Origin: Flavobacteriales bacterium
GTDB lineage: Bacteria; Bacteroidota; Bacteroidia; Flavobacteriales_D; Parvicellaceae
Length of the DNA stretch: 64,000 bases
Direction of reading: 5' to 3'
Assembly: GCA_020631555.1 (NCBI GenBank)
Contig: JAHDGY010000001.1
Coordinates: 45,435 to 109,434, forward strand
Part shown: positions 37,872 to 48,116 of the stretch, one piece after another
Layout of the letters: each line of letters begins with the position of its first letter
Numbering within the stretch: position 1 is the first letter of the stretch
Made by a program: the position numbers and the translations under genes
Notes under the pieces: generated by a model
Database searches by the model: none
Told to the model about the DNA's origin: nothing
What the model saw: only the letters and a program-made list of their open reading frames with translations

Positions 37872-38702
37872 CTATGGTTTGCTCGCAACCAACGAGTAAA
37901 CCATAGGGATTCTTCCTTCCATTCCAGCTACCTGAAATCCGTTCGCAACTTTTCCCAAGTTAGCGAAACAATTGTATGGAGAATAATCATACTCCTTAAA
38001 TGATTTCAAAAGCAAGCCATTATTATACAGTGCATTGATTGTTTCTGAGAGACTATAATTCCACCAATGCGATTCTCCTAATGACGTTGACTCACCTTCA
38101 GCATAGGTTCCTTCGTTCTCTATAATAACTCCCCTGTTAAAATAGGGATATTTCAACTCCTGCAAATCATCATCAAACATATGCATCATTGGATGAAACT
38201 CAACCAGAATAAATTGGCCACCAGGTGCAAGGTTTTGTGCAATAGTTTGTCCCCACAATTCTAAATCCGGCAGCCACCCTACCGTACCATAGGAACTAAA
38301 AACTATATCGAACTCTTCACCTCTAAATTTCCCAAGCTTTAGCACATCACTGCAAACAAATTCTGCGTCAATATCCAAATCACCTGCCAAACGTCTTGCT
38401 GTATCAATAGCTTCATCGGACAAATCAACTCCAACGACTTTAGCACCCATCCGAGCCATAGACAAAGTATCTTGACCAAAATGACATTGAAGATGTAAGA
38501 TTCTTTTTCCGGACAAATCCAAAATGGAATTATTCGAATGACCCTGATCTGAGCAAAAATTCCGCAACAAATCTAGTTCAATTCGGTTGAGTGAACTTTT
38601 ACCATTTAGGAAGCGAGGAACATCATAAAATTTAGATTTCACGTGCACCTTAGTCCGCGCATTCCACAACTCCCGATTCACTTCCTCGTATCGATCCACC
38701 AC
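37872..38702 (-). CDS. class I SAM-dependent methyltransferase
   Basis: 276 aa. The motif I region is ILHLQCHFGQDTLSMARMGAKVVGVDLSDEAI, and the post-I acidic residue and motif II-like string IVFSSYG are present. Confidence 0.7.
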   Translation of the reverse strand: MVDRYEEVNRELWNARTKVHVKSKFYDVPRFLNGKSSLNRIELDLLRNFCSDQGHSNNSILDLSGKRILHLQCHFGQDTLSMARMGAKVVGVDLSDEAIDTARRLAGDLDIDAEFVCSDVLKLGKFRGEEFDIVFSSYGTVGWLPDLELWGQTIAQNLAPGGQFILVEFHPMMHMFDDDLQELKYPYFNRGVIIENEGTYAEGESTSLGESHWWNYSLSETINALYNNGLLLKSFKEYDYSPYNCFANLGKVANGFQVAGMEGRIPMVYSLVASKP

Positions 38703-38708
38703 AAGAAT

Positions 38709-39878
38709 TTACGCCTTAGGATTTGCATACAACTTAACATCTTCAGCACTGATAGTCTTGTCACATAAAATGATCAAACGCTCCACAACGTTGCGTAGCT
38801 CTCTGATATTCCCAGTCCAGTTAACCGTCTGAAGTGCCTTCATTCCTTTACTATCAAATGATTTCTCAGGCATTCCATATTCCTTGCAGATAGCTTTTAA
38901 GAAATGTTCCGCTAACAATGGAATATCATCCTGACGATCATTTAACGACGGTACGTGAATCGGAATAACGCTAAGTCTGTGATACAAATCTTCCCGGAAG
39001 TTCCCTTCCGCAATTTCTTCAATTAAATTCTTGTTTGTAGCGGCAAGCACTCGCACATCCACCTTAATATCTTTGTCGCCACCCACTCTGGATATTTTGT
39101 GCTCTTGTAACGCCCGAAGAACTTTAGCTTGAGCCGCTAAACTCATATCGCCAATCTCGTCCAAGAAAATTGTTCCACCATCGGCCTGCTCAAACTTTCC
39201 CTTACGTTGTTTATTCGCGCTGGTAAACGCGCCTTTTTCATGACCAAACAACTCACTCTCAATTAACTCACTCGGAATTGCTGCGCAATTAACTTCAACA
39301 AACGCTTGCGAAGCTCTTTCACTTTGCTCATGCAATTGACGAGCAACAAGTTCTTTTCCAGCACCATTTCCTCCAGTAATCATTACACGAGCATCGGTTG
39401 GAGCCACCCTAGCAATCATTTCTTTAATGGCCTTTATAGGTGCCGACTCTCCAACAATGTCAGAAGCCTTGCTTTTGGTGATTTTTCGTTTTAAGACTTT
39501 CGTTTCCTTAACCAAATCAGACCGGTCAAGAGCATTGCGAATAGTAACCAAAATTCGATTTAGATCTAATGGCTTCTGAATAAAGTCGAAAGCACCTTTC
39601 TTAATAGCTTCAACAGCCGTATCCACATTACCGTGACCAGATATCATCACCACGGGAACATCTATTCCCATTTCCATAATCTTGTCCAAAACGTCCATTC
39701 CATCCATCTTGGGCATCTTGATATCGCACAGAACAATCTCAAATTTTGACTTGCCCAGTAGGTGAAGACCAGTTGGACCATCCTCAGCGTCTTCAACCTC
39801 GTACTTTTCAAATTCCAAGATCTCTTTAAGCGTGCTTCTAATAGGTCGTTCGTCGTCAATAACCAATATCTTAGCCAT
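38709..39878 (-). CDS. sigma-54-dependent response regulator (REC + AAA+), apparently lacking the C-terminal DNA-binding HTH
   Basis: 389 aa. The receiver domain shows ILVIDDERPIR and VLCDIKMPKMDG. The AAA+ domain shows Walker A GGNGAGKE, the sigma-54 contact loop ESELFGHEKGAFTSA, Walker B GGTIFLDEIGD, and NIRELRNVVERL. The ORF ends about 25 residues later, at ...KLYANPKA. Confidence 0.85.
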   Translation of the reverse strand: MAKILVIDDERPIRSTLKEILEFEKYEVEDAEDGPTGLHLLGKSKFEIVLCDIKMPKMDGMDVLDKIMEMGIDVPVVMISGHGNVDTAVEAIKKGAFDFIQKPLDLNRILVTIRNALDRSDLVKETKVLKRKITKSKASDIVGESAPIKAIKEMIARVAPTDARVMITGGNGAGKELVARQLHEQSERASQAFVEVNCAAIPSELIESELFGHEKGAFTSANKQRKGKFEQADGGTIFLDEIGDMSLAAQAKVLRALQEHKISRVGGDKDIKVDVRVLAATNKNLIEEIAEGNFREDLYHRLSVIPIHVPSLNDRQDDIPLLAEHFLKAICKEYGMPEKSFDSKGMKALQTVNWTGNIRELRNVVERLIILCDKTISAEDVKLYANPKA

Positions 39879-39914
39879 AATTTCTCCGATGTTTTTCGCG
39901 ATTTAATGCACAAG

Positions 39915-41267
39915 TTATGCTTTATAAAATAACCACTTGTACATTTCTTTCCAAGACGGCTTTTTACCATACATAAGGATTCCGATTCGATATATTTTGC
40001 CAGCAATCCATGTGGCGCAAATAAACGTAATCACCAGTAATACCATGGACAATACATAAGGCCAACCTGAGTTATCAAAACCAAAAGGAGCCTTCACCAT
40101 CATAACTACGGGGGAAGTAAACGGAATCTGCGCAAACCAAAATCCCGCAGGTCCATCTGGGTTTAATGCCATTGATTGAGCAATTACAAAACCAAATACT
40201 AAAGGAAGTGTAATAGGGAGCATAAATTGTTGAGTATCCGCTTCATTATCTACAGCTGCCCCAATTGCCGCAAATAAAGCTCCGTACAACAGATATCCAC
40301 CAATGAAATAGAAAACAAACAGGCCTATCATAAATGGCCAATTTATTTTATACAAAATAGTTTCAATCACCTCGTTTTCCGGAATTGAGACCTGTATTTC
40401 ATTAGCCACTGAAGGATCTACATTGGTGGAAATTTGGGCCATTTCTTGAGCAATAACTTCCGGATCATAGGTAAACTCAGGAAAAATTGTAACCAATGCA
40501 ATTGAAAACAATGTTGTTCCGATAATAACCCAAATAGTAAGCTGGGTTAAGCCAACACACATAATCCCTACAATCTTACCCATCATAAGTTCAAATGGCT
40601 TTACAGAAGAAACAATGACTTCGACAATACGATTGGTTTTCTCTTCAATAACTCCACGCATCACCTGCACTCCGTACAGAAAAATGAACATGTAAATTAG
40701 CACTGAAAACGCAAACCCAACGCCCCATCGAACCTTTGCTAATCCAGTTTTTGAATCATCAGCGTAATGCTCAAAAATTAACCGGACATCCTTTTTTATT
40801 TCATCAAATTGTTCCAAAGACAATTGAAGACCTGAAGAATCTCTCAGGTAATTCACTTTTATCAATTCTCCAAACCTATTGAGCTGTCCACTCAACATCC
40901 GTTTTACAACCTCACCTGGTTCTTTATCAAAATACAGAAATGCGGATTCGTGATGGTACAGTCTCTCCGGCAACCAAAGTGCCAAATCAAATTCCCCGGA
41001 TTCAACACTAGCCTTAGCCTCAGCTTGTGTACCGTGCGAAAAACTAAATTTACACTGCTTTGTATCTTTAAAATCGTTGGGTTGAACGAAATAATTCGAA
41101 TCCACAATATGAACCTTTTTCTCGCCAACATCTGCCTGACCGATCCAAGCTGCGCCCACTAATAATCCCACCATTAAAATCGGTACAACAATGGTTAAGA
41201 TCAAAAATGACTTTTTGCGAACTCGAGACAAATACTCTCTTCCGATTATAAGACCAATCTTATTCAT
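39915..41267 (-). CDS. ABC-2 type transporter permease (NatB-like)
   Basis: 450 aa. One N-terminal TM helix is followed by a roughly 150-residue extracytoplasmic loop and then five or six TM helices. It overlaps the ATPase gene by 8 nt. Confidence 0.7.
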   Translation of the reverse strand: MNKIGLIIGREYLSRVRKKSFLILTIVVPILMVGLLVGAAWIGQADVGEKKVHIVDSNYFVQPNDFKDTKQCKFSFSHGTQAEAKASVESGEFDLALWLPERLYHHESAFLYFDKEPGEVVKRMLSGQLNRFGELIKVNYLRDSSGLQLSLEQFDEIKKDVRLIFEHYADDSKTGLAKVRWGVGFAFSVLIYMFIFLYGVQVMRGVIEEKTNRIVEVIVSSVKPFELMMGKIVGIMCVGLTQLTIWVIIGTTLFSIALVTIFPEFTYDPEVIAQEMAQISTNVDPSVANEIQVSIPENEVIETILYKINWPFMIGLFVFYFIGGYLLYGALFAAIGAAVDNEADTQQFMLPITLPLVFGFVIAQSMALNPDGPAGFWFAQIPFTSPVVMMVKAPFGFDNSGWPYVLSMVLLVITFICATWIAGKIYRIGILMYGKKPSWKEMYKWLFYKA

Positions 41268-42198
41268 TTTCGGCCTCCTTCTCCTTATTCACAGTGGCAA
41301 TAAAAACTTCACTCATAGTCGGCACTACTTCCCTAACACTTTTAATTTCGCACACTGGAAGAATTTCCTTCAAAAAACTATTTAGTGTAATCCCGTTCAA
41401 CAACTTAATATTGAATGTATGGTTTTCACGATCCTCTGAAAATTTGTCCAACACTTCAAATCCTCCCCACATTACATTTGCAAATCCCATTACGTTTCCT
41501 TTAAAGGACACCTCGTACTTCGATTCGCTAAAATCCTTTTGAATTTGTTTGACAGAGCCATCAAGTACTTTTTTAGAATTGTTGATCAAAGCAATACTTT
41601 CACAAATGTCTTCCACAGTGCCCATATTATGGGTAGCCAACATTATCGTGGCCCCTTCATTTTTTAATTCCAAAATCTGTTCTTTAATCAGATTGGTATT
41701 TATCGGGTCAAAACCACTAAAGGGCTCATCTAATATTAAAAGTTTTGGGTTGTGCACTACAGTAGAAATAAACTGAATCTTTTGTGCCATTCCTTTCGAA
41801 AGTTCTTCAACTTTTCTATTCCAAAGGTGAGAAATCTCAAGTTTTTCGCACCACTTCTTCCCTTTTGCTTTCGCATCTGCTTTTGACAAGCCCTTCAACT
41901 GAGCAAGGTATACGATTTGCTCACCAACCTTCATTTTTTTGTAAAGCCCTCGCTCTTCAGGCAAATATCCAATAGTGCCGATGTGGGATGGTTTTAGACT
42001 TTCGCCATTAATATAGATGGCACCCGAATCTGGACCTGTAATCTGATTTATTATTCGAATTAAGGATGTTTTACCCGCCCCATTAGGGCCTAGCAAACCG
42101 TAGATCGACTGTTCAGGAATTTCCAAAGAAACGTTCGTTAATGCCTGATGGTTTTTATACCGCTTCACCACGGAGTCAGCTCGTAAAGCTATCTTCAT
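41260..42198 (-). CDS. ABC transporter ATP-binding protein (NatA-like)
   Basis: 312 aa with Walker A GPNGAGKTS, signature LSKGMAQK, Walker B LLILDEPFSG and the H-loop ATHNM. Confidence 0.85.
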   Translation of the reverse strand: MKIALRADSVVKRYKNHQALTNVSLEIPEQSIYGLLGPNGAGKTSLIRIINQITGPDSGAIYINGESLKPSHIGTIGYLPEERGLYKKMKVGEQIVYLAQLKGLSKADAKAKGKKWCEKLEISHLWNRKVEELSKGMAQKIQFISTVVHNPKLLILDEPFSGFDPINTNLIKEQILELKNEGATIMLATHNMGTVEDICESIALINNSKKVLDGSVKQIQKDFSESKYEVSFKGNVMGFANVMWGGFEVLDKFSEDRENHTFNIKLLNGITLNSFLKEILPVCEIKSVREVVPTMSEVFIATVNKEKEAENE

Positions 42199-42242
42199 AA
42201 TGTCATTTTAAACGTGCCTGTGCACACCTAAGTATATTCCTT

Positions 42243-42250
42243 CAAAAATA
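42243..42250 (-). promoter_or_regulatory. Candidate -7 promoter box for the ABC/regulator operon
   Basis: Plus-strand CAAAAATA is TATTTTTG on the minus strand, an exact match to TAnnTTTG, 45 nt upstream of ATG 42198. Confidence 0.3.
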
Positions 42251-42389
42251 AAAGTCGAAACATTATTCACGTGCTCCAAACACACTTGCATAACTTAGGT
42301 TGGTCAAAATACTTATTAAAAAACTAATGACGCGAAAAAGAAAAATTTCATCTCAATAGATAGAACATATTCCAGGAAAATGAGGAAAA

Positions 42390-43730
42390 TTAATCGAACA
42401 CAAACTTGCTTGCTACTGGGGTTCCAATGTCGGTCTGGATGCGAACAACATAAACTCCTGAAGACATGCCACCAGAGCTGAATTGAATTTGATTTTCTCC
42501 CAGAACCGTTGACTGAAGCTTACGTTTAAAAATCTCTTGACCTGTAGCACTCAAAATCGTCACCGAAACTTTTTCTACCGACTGAAGGAGCATGAAATTC
42601 ACTTTAACAAGACCAGCAGACTCACTAGCATTTACATAATTCAACATAAGGGCACTTTGGTCTTCGTTAACACTCACCGGATTACCTTCTCCCTGCCACA
42701 AAAACGGATGGATTCCCAATGATTCCATTTTGAAGCTCTTATCCCCAAACACATAACTCGGGGCATAATAACCGTTCCAACTATCAGCCCCACCATACCT
42801 AGTATCCATAGGGCAAAACATTGAAACGTTATAATTTCCCTGCTCATAATACATGTAAGTATTCTCACCCTTATACTCGTAACCCCTAATTTTAAAAATG
42901 TTTACATCTTCCCCAGCAACCGCTTCTCCATGTTTCCAATCCTTGTGGCCCGGAATCCAACTTAACATTATATTAAACCTTCCCACATCATATAAATTCG
43001 GAAGGTCATTTGGATCAATTGTCCAGTCAGTTGGGACCACCAGAAAAGGCAGCATTTGCCCGCCATGCAACTTGGGCATCGCATATTTCAATTCGCGAAC
43101 ACTTCCTTTAGGCCGTTGATTTTGTGAGTCATAGATTACATCATAAAACTTCACAGGGCTTCCATAAATCGTATCAGTGAAATCGGTTGGTAGTTCGTAA
43201 ATATTAATCAGATTATAGGCATCTGGAACAACCAATCTAACAACCAACGTATCAACAATCTCGTAATCTGAATTTCTTAGGTATTCGCCCTCTACAAGAA
43301 TAAATGGGATTTTGATGGGCGTTTTACGGCCTACTTCGGTAGATAAATCAAAATAGTCATTCAACCCCTTCCATAAAATGGAGCTTTCCATGTGAGGAGA
43401 AGTCAAATCAAAAGTTTGACCAACTTGAGTGAATTCCGGTCGTATTAAAGTTCCAGATTTTGTCTTCACAAAAACCGTAGAGTCCGGAAAAAAGGAGGCA
43501 ACAACAGATGAAAAACTGAACTGCAAAGAATCAACTCCAAAATAATGCTGCCTATAATCTAACCAGTCAAAAATTGGCAAGTTGGCATTTCTAGCAGAAT
43601 TAGACGAACTATAATGGTTAGGTATGTCAAGAAATTTATCAAACTGCGCTACAACTGCAGTTGGAAAACATAACACAAGAAGAAAATATCCGAATAGTAA
43701 ACCTTTTATCTCTCGTAATTTAGTGCTCAT
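42390..43730 (-). CDS. Secreted hypothetical protein with a T9SS type A C-terminal sorting domain
   Basis: The signal peptide MSTKLREIKGLLFGYFLLVLCFPTAVVAQ follows ATG 43730. The C-terminal roughly 80 residues (VSVTILSATGQEIFKRKL...GVYVVRIQTDIGTPVASKFVFD) have the Por-tail pattern. I cannot assign the body to a family. Confidence 0.65.
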   Translation of the reverse strand: MSTKLREIKGLLFGYFLLVLCFPTAVVAQFDKFLDIPNHYSSSNSARNANLPIFDWLDYRQHYFGVDSLQFSFSSVVASFFPDSTVFVKTKSGTLIRPEFTQVGQTFDLTSPHMESSILWKGLNDYFDLSTEVGRKTPIKIPFILVEGEYLRNSDYEIVDTLVVRLVVPDAYNLINIYELPTDFTDTIYGSPVKFYDVIYDSQNQRPKGSVRELKYAMPKLHGGQMLPFLVVPTDWTIDPNDLPNLYDVGRFNIMLSWIPGHKDWKHGEAVAGEDVNIFKIRGYEYKGENTYMYYEQGNYNVSMFCPMDTRYGGADSWNGYYAPSYVFGDKSFKMESLGIHPFLWQGEGNPVSVNEDQSALMLNYVNASESAGLVKVNFMLLQSVEKVSVTILSATGQEIFKRKLQSTVLGENQIQFSSGGMSSGVYVVRIQTDIGTPVASKFVFD

Positions 43731-43880
43731 ATAATTCTCTAGACTGCAATTAAGGCAACCTTCAAAATAATCATTTTGAATTTGTTTTGCCAACAACACT
43801 TACGAAACGGGCTAAAACAAGACGTTTTGAGCGTTATACATTAGGAAACGGAACCTAACCAACGAAGAAAAAATTTGAAT

Positions 43881-43910
43881 TATAAAAAAGGCCCCTGTAT
43901 CGAGGCCTTT
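43881..43910 (-). terminator. Intrinsic terminator after the tRNA
   Basis: On the minus strand, AAAGGCC-10 nt-GGCCTTT forms a 7-bp stem followed by TTTTTATA. It lies 11 nt downstream of the tRNA 3' end. Confidence 0.5.
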
Positions 43911-43920
43911 AAATTTTACT

Positions 43921-43996
<76 letters not shown>

Positions 43997-44052
43997 ATGT
44001 TGGCTGCAAATATATATTTTGTTTCTTTGCTGGCAAAGTAAAAAGGGCCGAA

Positions 44053-44934
44053 ATGTCGCACAGATCTGGATTTGTCAATATTATTGGAAGTCCCAATGTT
44101 GGTAAAAGCACGTTAATGAACGAGTTGGTTCGAGAAAAAATTTCGATAATTACTTCGAAGCAACAAACCACTCGACACAGAATAATGGGAATAGTGAATG
44201 GAGATGACTTTCAAATCGTCTATTCGGACACTCCAGGAGTTTTAAACCCCGGTTACAAACTGCATGAAGGAATGATGCAATTTGTGAATACTGCATTGAA
44301 GGATGCTGACGTAATTTTATTCGTGACTGACATGTTTGAAGATGAAGTAAATCATCGAGAAACATTGGAAAGAGTTCAGAAAACTAGTACGCCAATTCTG
44401 TTACTTTTAAATAAAATTGACTTAGCCGACCAAAAGAAGGTTGAACAGAGGGTTGACTACTGGAATAAAATCTTACCGCAAGCAGAAATTCTTCCGATTT
44501 CAGCATTACATAAATTCAATGTTGATTTCGTGTTCGACAAAGTCTTAAAGCTTCTACCAAAGGCTCCTCCTTACTTCCCGAAAGATCAACTAACGGATAA
44601 GCCAATGCGTTTTTTCATATCCGAAATAATTCGAGAAAAAATCTTAGCACTCTATCAGAAAGAAATTCCGTATTCATGCGAAGTAGTGGTAGAAGAATTT
44701 AAAGAGTCCAAAGACATTACAAGAATCAGAGCAATTATTATGGTTGCCCGAAACTCCCAGAAAGGCATCATCATTGGCCACGAAGGAAAAAAAATCAAAC
44801 AAGTTGGAGAGCTCGCTAGAAAGGACATAGAGGAATTTACAGGAAATAAAGTGTTTCTGGACCTCTTTGTAAAGGTTGATAAAGACTGGCGAGAAAACGA
44901 GTCGAAATTGAAAAAATACGGATATCTGCAATAG
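44053..44934 (+). CDS. era: GTPase Era
   Basis: 293 aa with G1 GSPNVGKST, G3 DTPG and G4 NKID, plus a C-terminal KH domain (ARNSQKGIIIGHEGKKIK). Confidence 0.95.
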   Translation: MSHRSGFVNIIGSPNVGKSTLMNELVREKISIITSKQQTTRHRIMGIVNGDDFQIVYSDTPGVLNPGYKLHEGMMQFVNTALKDADVILFVTDMFEDEVNHRETLERVQKTSTPILLLLNKIDLADQKKVEQRVDYWNKILPQAEILPISALHKFNVDFVFDKVLKLLPKAPPYFPKDQLTDKPMRFFISEIIREKILALYQKEIPYSCEVVVEEFKESKDITRIRAIIMVARNSQKGIIIGHEGKKIKQVGELARKDIEEFTGNKVFLDLFVKVDKDWRENESKLKKYGYLQ

Positions 44935-44940
44935 TTAATT

Positions 44941-46251
44941 ATGGGAAATTTAGTGGCAATTGTTGGCAGGCCCAATGTAGGAAAATCAACCCTTTTTAAT
45001 CGATTAACAGAATCAAGAAGGGCAATTGTTCAAGAAACAAGTGGTGTTACCCGAGATAGACATTATGGCAAAAGCGAATGGAATGGTGTTCCTTTTTCCA
45101 TTGTGGACACGGGTGGTTACATTCAAGGTTCCGACGATATTTTCGAGCAAGAAATTCGCAAGCAAGTTCTGATTGCTATCGAAGAGGCAAATGTAATTTT
45201 GTTTGTCTGCGACGTAACTACCGGAATAACCGATTTAGATGAATCGGTAGTAAGGGTGCTGAGAAAATCGTCTAAACCAATTTTGATTGTTGCTAACAAA
45301 ACGGATAACGCAGAACGAAAAGTGCAGGCAGCAGAGTTTTACAATTTTGGACTTGAATACGTTTATCCTGTCTCCGCTATTAATGGAGGAGGAACTGGCG
45401 AATTATTGGACCAATTGGTAACACTATTTGAACCTGAATCGAAATTGGAGGACGATTCGGGATTGCCGAAAATTGCGATCGTAGGAAAACCCAATGTCGG
45501 TAAATCCTCATTATTAAACGCTCTTGTGGGTGAAGACCGAAATATAGTAACAGACATTTCGGGAACTACCAGAGACACGGTGAATACAAGATATAAGGCC
45601 TTTGGCTTTGACTTTAACCTCCTTGATACTGCCGGAATTAGAAAGAGAGCCAAAGTTCAGGAAGATATTGAATACTACTCCGTTATTAGATCGGTGAGGG
45701 CCATCGAAAATTCAGATGTCTGTCTGTTCATGATAGACGCGACCGAAGGCTTACAAAAGCAAGACCTGAATATTTTCTACGTAATTGAAAAGAATAAAAA
45801 AGGCGTAGTGTTTCTTGTAAACAAATGGGACCTCATTGAAGAAAAAGAATCGAACACCATAAAAGAAATTGAGGATAAAATTCGTGAAACGATTGCTCCA
45901 TTTACTGACGTGCCCATAATATTTACTTCCGCTAACACCAAACAACGAATTCACAAGGCCATTGAAAAAGCCATAGAAGTTTATCAAAACCGGACCAAGA
46001 AAATTCCAACTTCCAAGCTCAATGAAATAATGCTGGAAGAAATTTCAAAAACTCCTCCTCCATCAGTGAAGGGGAAGTACATTCGAATCAAATTTGTTAC
46101 CCAACTCCCAACACACGCGCCTAGCTTTGCTTTTTTCTGCAACCTACCCCAGTACGTTCGAGAATCCTATAAACGATTTCTAGAAAACAAGCTAAGACAA
46201 CACTTTGATTTTAATGGCGTGCCAATTCGAATCTACTTAAGGAAGAAATAG
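44941..46251 (+). CDS. der: ribosome biogenesis GTPase Der (EngA)
   Basis: 436 aa with two tandem GTPase domains ([17 protein letters not shown] and [17 protein letters not shown]) and a KH-like C-terminus. Confidence 0.95.
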   Translation: MGNLVAIVGRPNVGKSTLFNRLTESRRAIVQETSGVTRDRHYGKSEWNGVPFSIVDTGGYIQGSDDIFEQEIRKQVLIAIEEANVILFVCDVTTGITDLDESVVRVLRKSSKPILIVANKTDNAERKVQAAEFYNFGLEYVYPVSAINGGGTGELLDQLVTLFEPESKLEDDSGLPKIAIVGKPNVGKSSLLNALVGEDRNIVTDISGTTRDTVNTRYKAFGFDFNLLDTAGIRKRAKVQEDIEYYSVIRSVRAIENSDVCLFMIDATEGLQKQDLNIFYVIEKNKKGVVFLVNKWDLIEEKESNTIKEIEDKIRETIAPFTDVPIIFTSANTKQRIHKAIEKAIEVYQNRTKKIPTSKLNEIMLEEISKTPPPSVKGKYIRIKFVTQLPTHAPSFAFFCNLPQYVRESYKRFLENKLRQHFDFNGVPIRIYLRKK

Positions 46252-46285
46252 AAAAAGATAGCAATCTGACCAAAATTTAGCCGCA

Positions 46286-46312
46286 CAAAAAAAGCGGGAA
46301 CTGGCCCGCTTT
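46286..46312. terminator. Hairpin between convergent genes (likely bidirectional terminator)
   Basis: AGCGGG-AACTGG-CCCGCT is flanked by AAAAAAA on the left and TTT on the right. The minus-strand reading gives the better T-run. It lies between der and the minus-strand redoxin-like gene. Confidence 0.5.
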
Positions 46313-46334
46313 AAACTACCTTCTATGGAATAGT

Positions 46335-47174
46335 CTATCCGACAATTGTAATATTCTTAGATATAACCTGATCCGCTGATTTGATTTGTAAAACATAACT
46401 TCCAAATTCCAGGCTAGAAGCCTCAACTGGAATTTCATTAATTCCTTTTGTCAACTTAAAATTAGAAGACCAAACAGCTTGTCCGGTTACCCCAATTATT
46501 TTCATCTCCGCTTGAATTGAATACTTGGAAGAAATGGAAACTATGAAATCTCCTGAACTAGGATTAGGGTACACATTAGTCAACAAATTTTTATCTACAG
46601 AAATTTCCGCATCAGACAAAGCCTTACAATTCTGCTGTTGATATTTTTTGAACATATCCAAGTCAAAGCTCGCCATATCATTCCAAACCATTTGCTTTGC
46701 ATCTTTATCCGGACAAATAACGTAATACTGTGGATAGCCATGAAAACCAAGTGCACTCTCATATTCTGACTTCACGGATCCAGCATCATCAATTATTGGA
46801 TAAGGAACTCCTGTAACCCAATCTCCCTTGGTTCCATTTCCAGTACAGCTGGAGGTATTTCCTTCCAGACAAGCTTTATTGGTCTGATCATCCCCTTCCA
46901 GAAATAATACAACCACCTCATCTGTTCCATCTGGCCCCAGTTGATTGTATACATCTTTTAAATCTCCACGCTTATGAAAATCCCAACATGGCTGGCACCA
47001 AGTAGCCGAAATATCCAAAAACACGGTTTTACCCTGATCTAAATATTCATATAAATTATGCGTTTTTCCGTCTAAATCTTTAAGGGTAAAATTGGGTGCA
47101 GTTTGTGCAAACATTGAGTTTGAGTTAGACAACAGACATAACAAAACAATAGCGCAATAGTATATCTTTTTCAT
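46335..47174 (-). CDS. Thioredoxin-fold (TlpA/redoxin-like) protein with a T9SS type A C-terminal sorting domain
   Basis: The signal peptide MKKIYYCAIVLLCLLSNSNSMFAQ follows ATG 47174. The redoxin N-terminus APNFTLKDLDGKTHNLYEYLDQGKTVFLDISATWCQPCW contains a CxxC motif. The C-terminal Por tail is VYPNPSSGDFIVSI...GSYVLQIKSADQVISKNITIV. Confidence 0.75.
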   Translation of the reverse strand: MKKIYYCAIVLLCLLSNSNSMFAQTAPNFTLKDLDGKTHNLYEYLDQGKTVFLDISATWCQPCWDFHKRGDLKDVYNQLGPDGTDEVVVLFLEGDDQTNKACLEGNTSSCTGNGTKGDWVTGVPYPIIDDAGSVKSEYESALGFHGYPQYYVICPDKDAKQMVWNDMASFDLDMFKKYQQQNCKALSDAEISVDKNLLTNVYPNPSSGDFIVSISSKYSIQAEMKIIGVTGQAVWSSNFKLTKGINEIPVEASSLEFGSYVLQIKSADQVISKNITIVG

Positions 47175-47402
47175 GACAAAATAAATTATTGATTTAATTA
47201 AACTTAACAATCTGCTAGTTCTCGAAAAAGAAACCAGAAAGCAGTTAAAAAGTCACACTAAACAGTTTCCAAAATCTCAATCTGAATTATTCAAAGGTCT
47301 CATCTAATTAAAAGACCTGATCAGAACTCCATTTTTCCTTCAAAACAACGACATTTGCACCAACCTAAGTAAAATAGTTTAGCTAACATTATTTTAACCC
47401 TA

Positions 47403-48116
47403 ATGAGCAGTAACAAACCTCAACTATTCTTACTCCATTTTGCCGGAGGAAATGTGTATTCCTATGGATTTTTAAACCCGTTCTTACCTTCAGATATAGA
47501 ATTTATCCCTTTGGAATTACCCGGCAGAGGAAGAAGATTTGGTGAAGATCTACTTCGAGACAAGAAAGCTGCAGTGCTTGATTACGTCAAGCAAATTCGC
47601 AAACGAAGGAATGGACAGCCATTCGTTGTAGCAGGCCATAGCATGGGCGGATTTTTGGGCTTCGAAGTAGCGTTGATGTTGGAAGATATTGAAGACGCGC
47701 CAAACAAATTGGTGGTAACCGGAAATGCAGGCCCAAATATCCATAGAGCTTACAAAAGATTCGATATGGAACACGAAGACTTTATGCAGGCACTTAAGAA
47801 AATTGGCGGAACACCTCCTGAAGTCCTGGAAAATGAAGAGCTACTTTCGATGTACGTTCCTATTCTTAGAGCAGATTTTGAGGTTGTAGAAAAAACATAT
47901 CTAGCACAAAGCAGAAAGCTAAAAAAGGTTCCAATAGAAGCTATTATGGGGACTAACGAAGAACGTGCCGACAGGATTGACAATTGGCAGAATCATACAG
48001 AGTTGTCTTTCACTGGTCAACTGTGGTCAGGGAATCACTTTTTCATTCATCATCATGCTCGGAAAATAGCCACCACACTAACAGACGCCATTCTGCAGAA
48101 AGCAAAGATTGAATGA
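47403..48116 (+). CDS. Type II thioesterase (alpha/beta hydrolase)
   Basis: 237 aa with LFLLHFAGGN, ELPGRGRR and the nucleophile elbow GHSMGG. Length and layout match the stand-alone editing thioesterases of NRPS/PKS systems. Confidence 0.7.
   Translation: MSSNKPQLFLLHFAGGNVYSYGFLNPFLPSDIEFIPLELPGRGRRFGEDLLRDKKAAVLDYVKQIRKRRNGQPFVVAGHSMGGFLGFEVALMLEDIEDAPNKLVVTGNAGPNIHRAYKRFDMEHEDFMQALKKIGGTPPEVLENEELLSMYVPILRADFEVVEKTYLAQSRKLKKVPIEAIMGTNEERADRIDNWQNHTELSFTGQLWSGNHFFIHHHARKIATTLTDAILQKAKIE

Noticed and set aside
42199-42230. Possible sigma-54 (-24/-12) promoter upstream of the ABC operon, because the minus strand reads AGGCACGTTTAAAATGAC.
   Set aside because: Only the GGCACG half fits. The -12 TTGC element is absent at the required spacing, and the site abuts the start codon.
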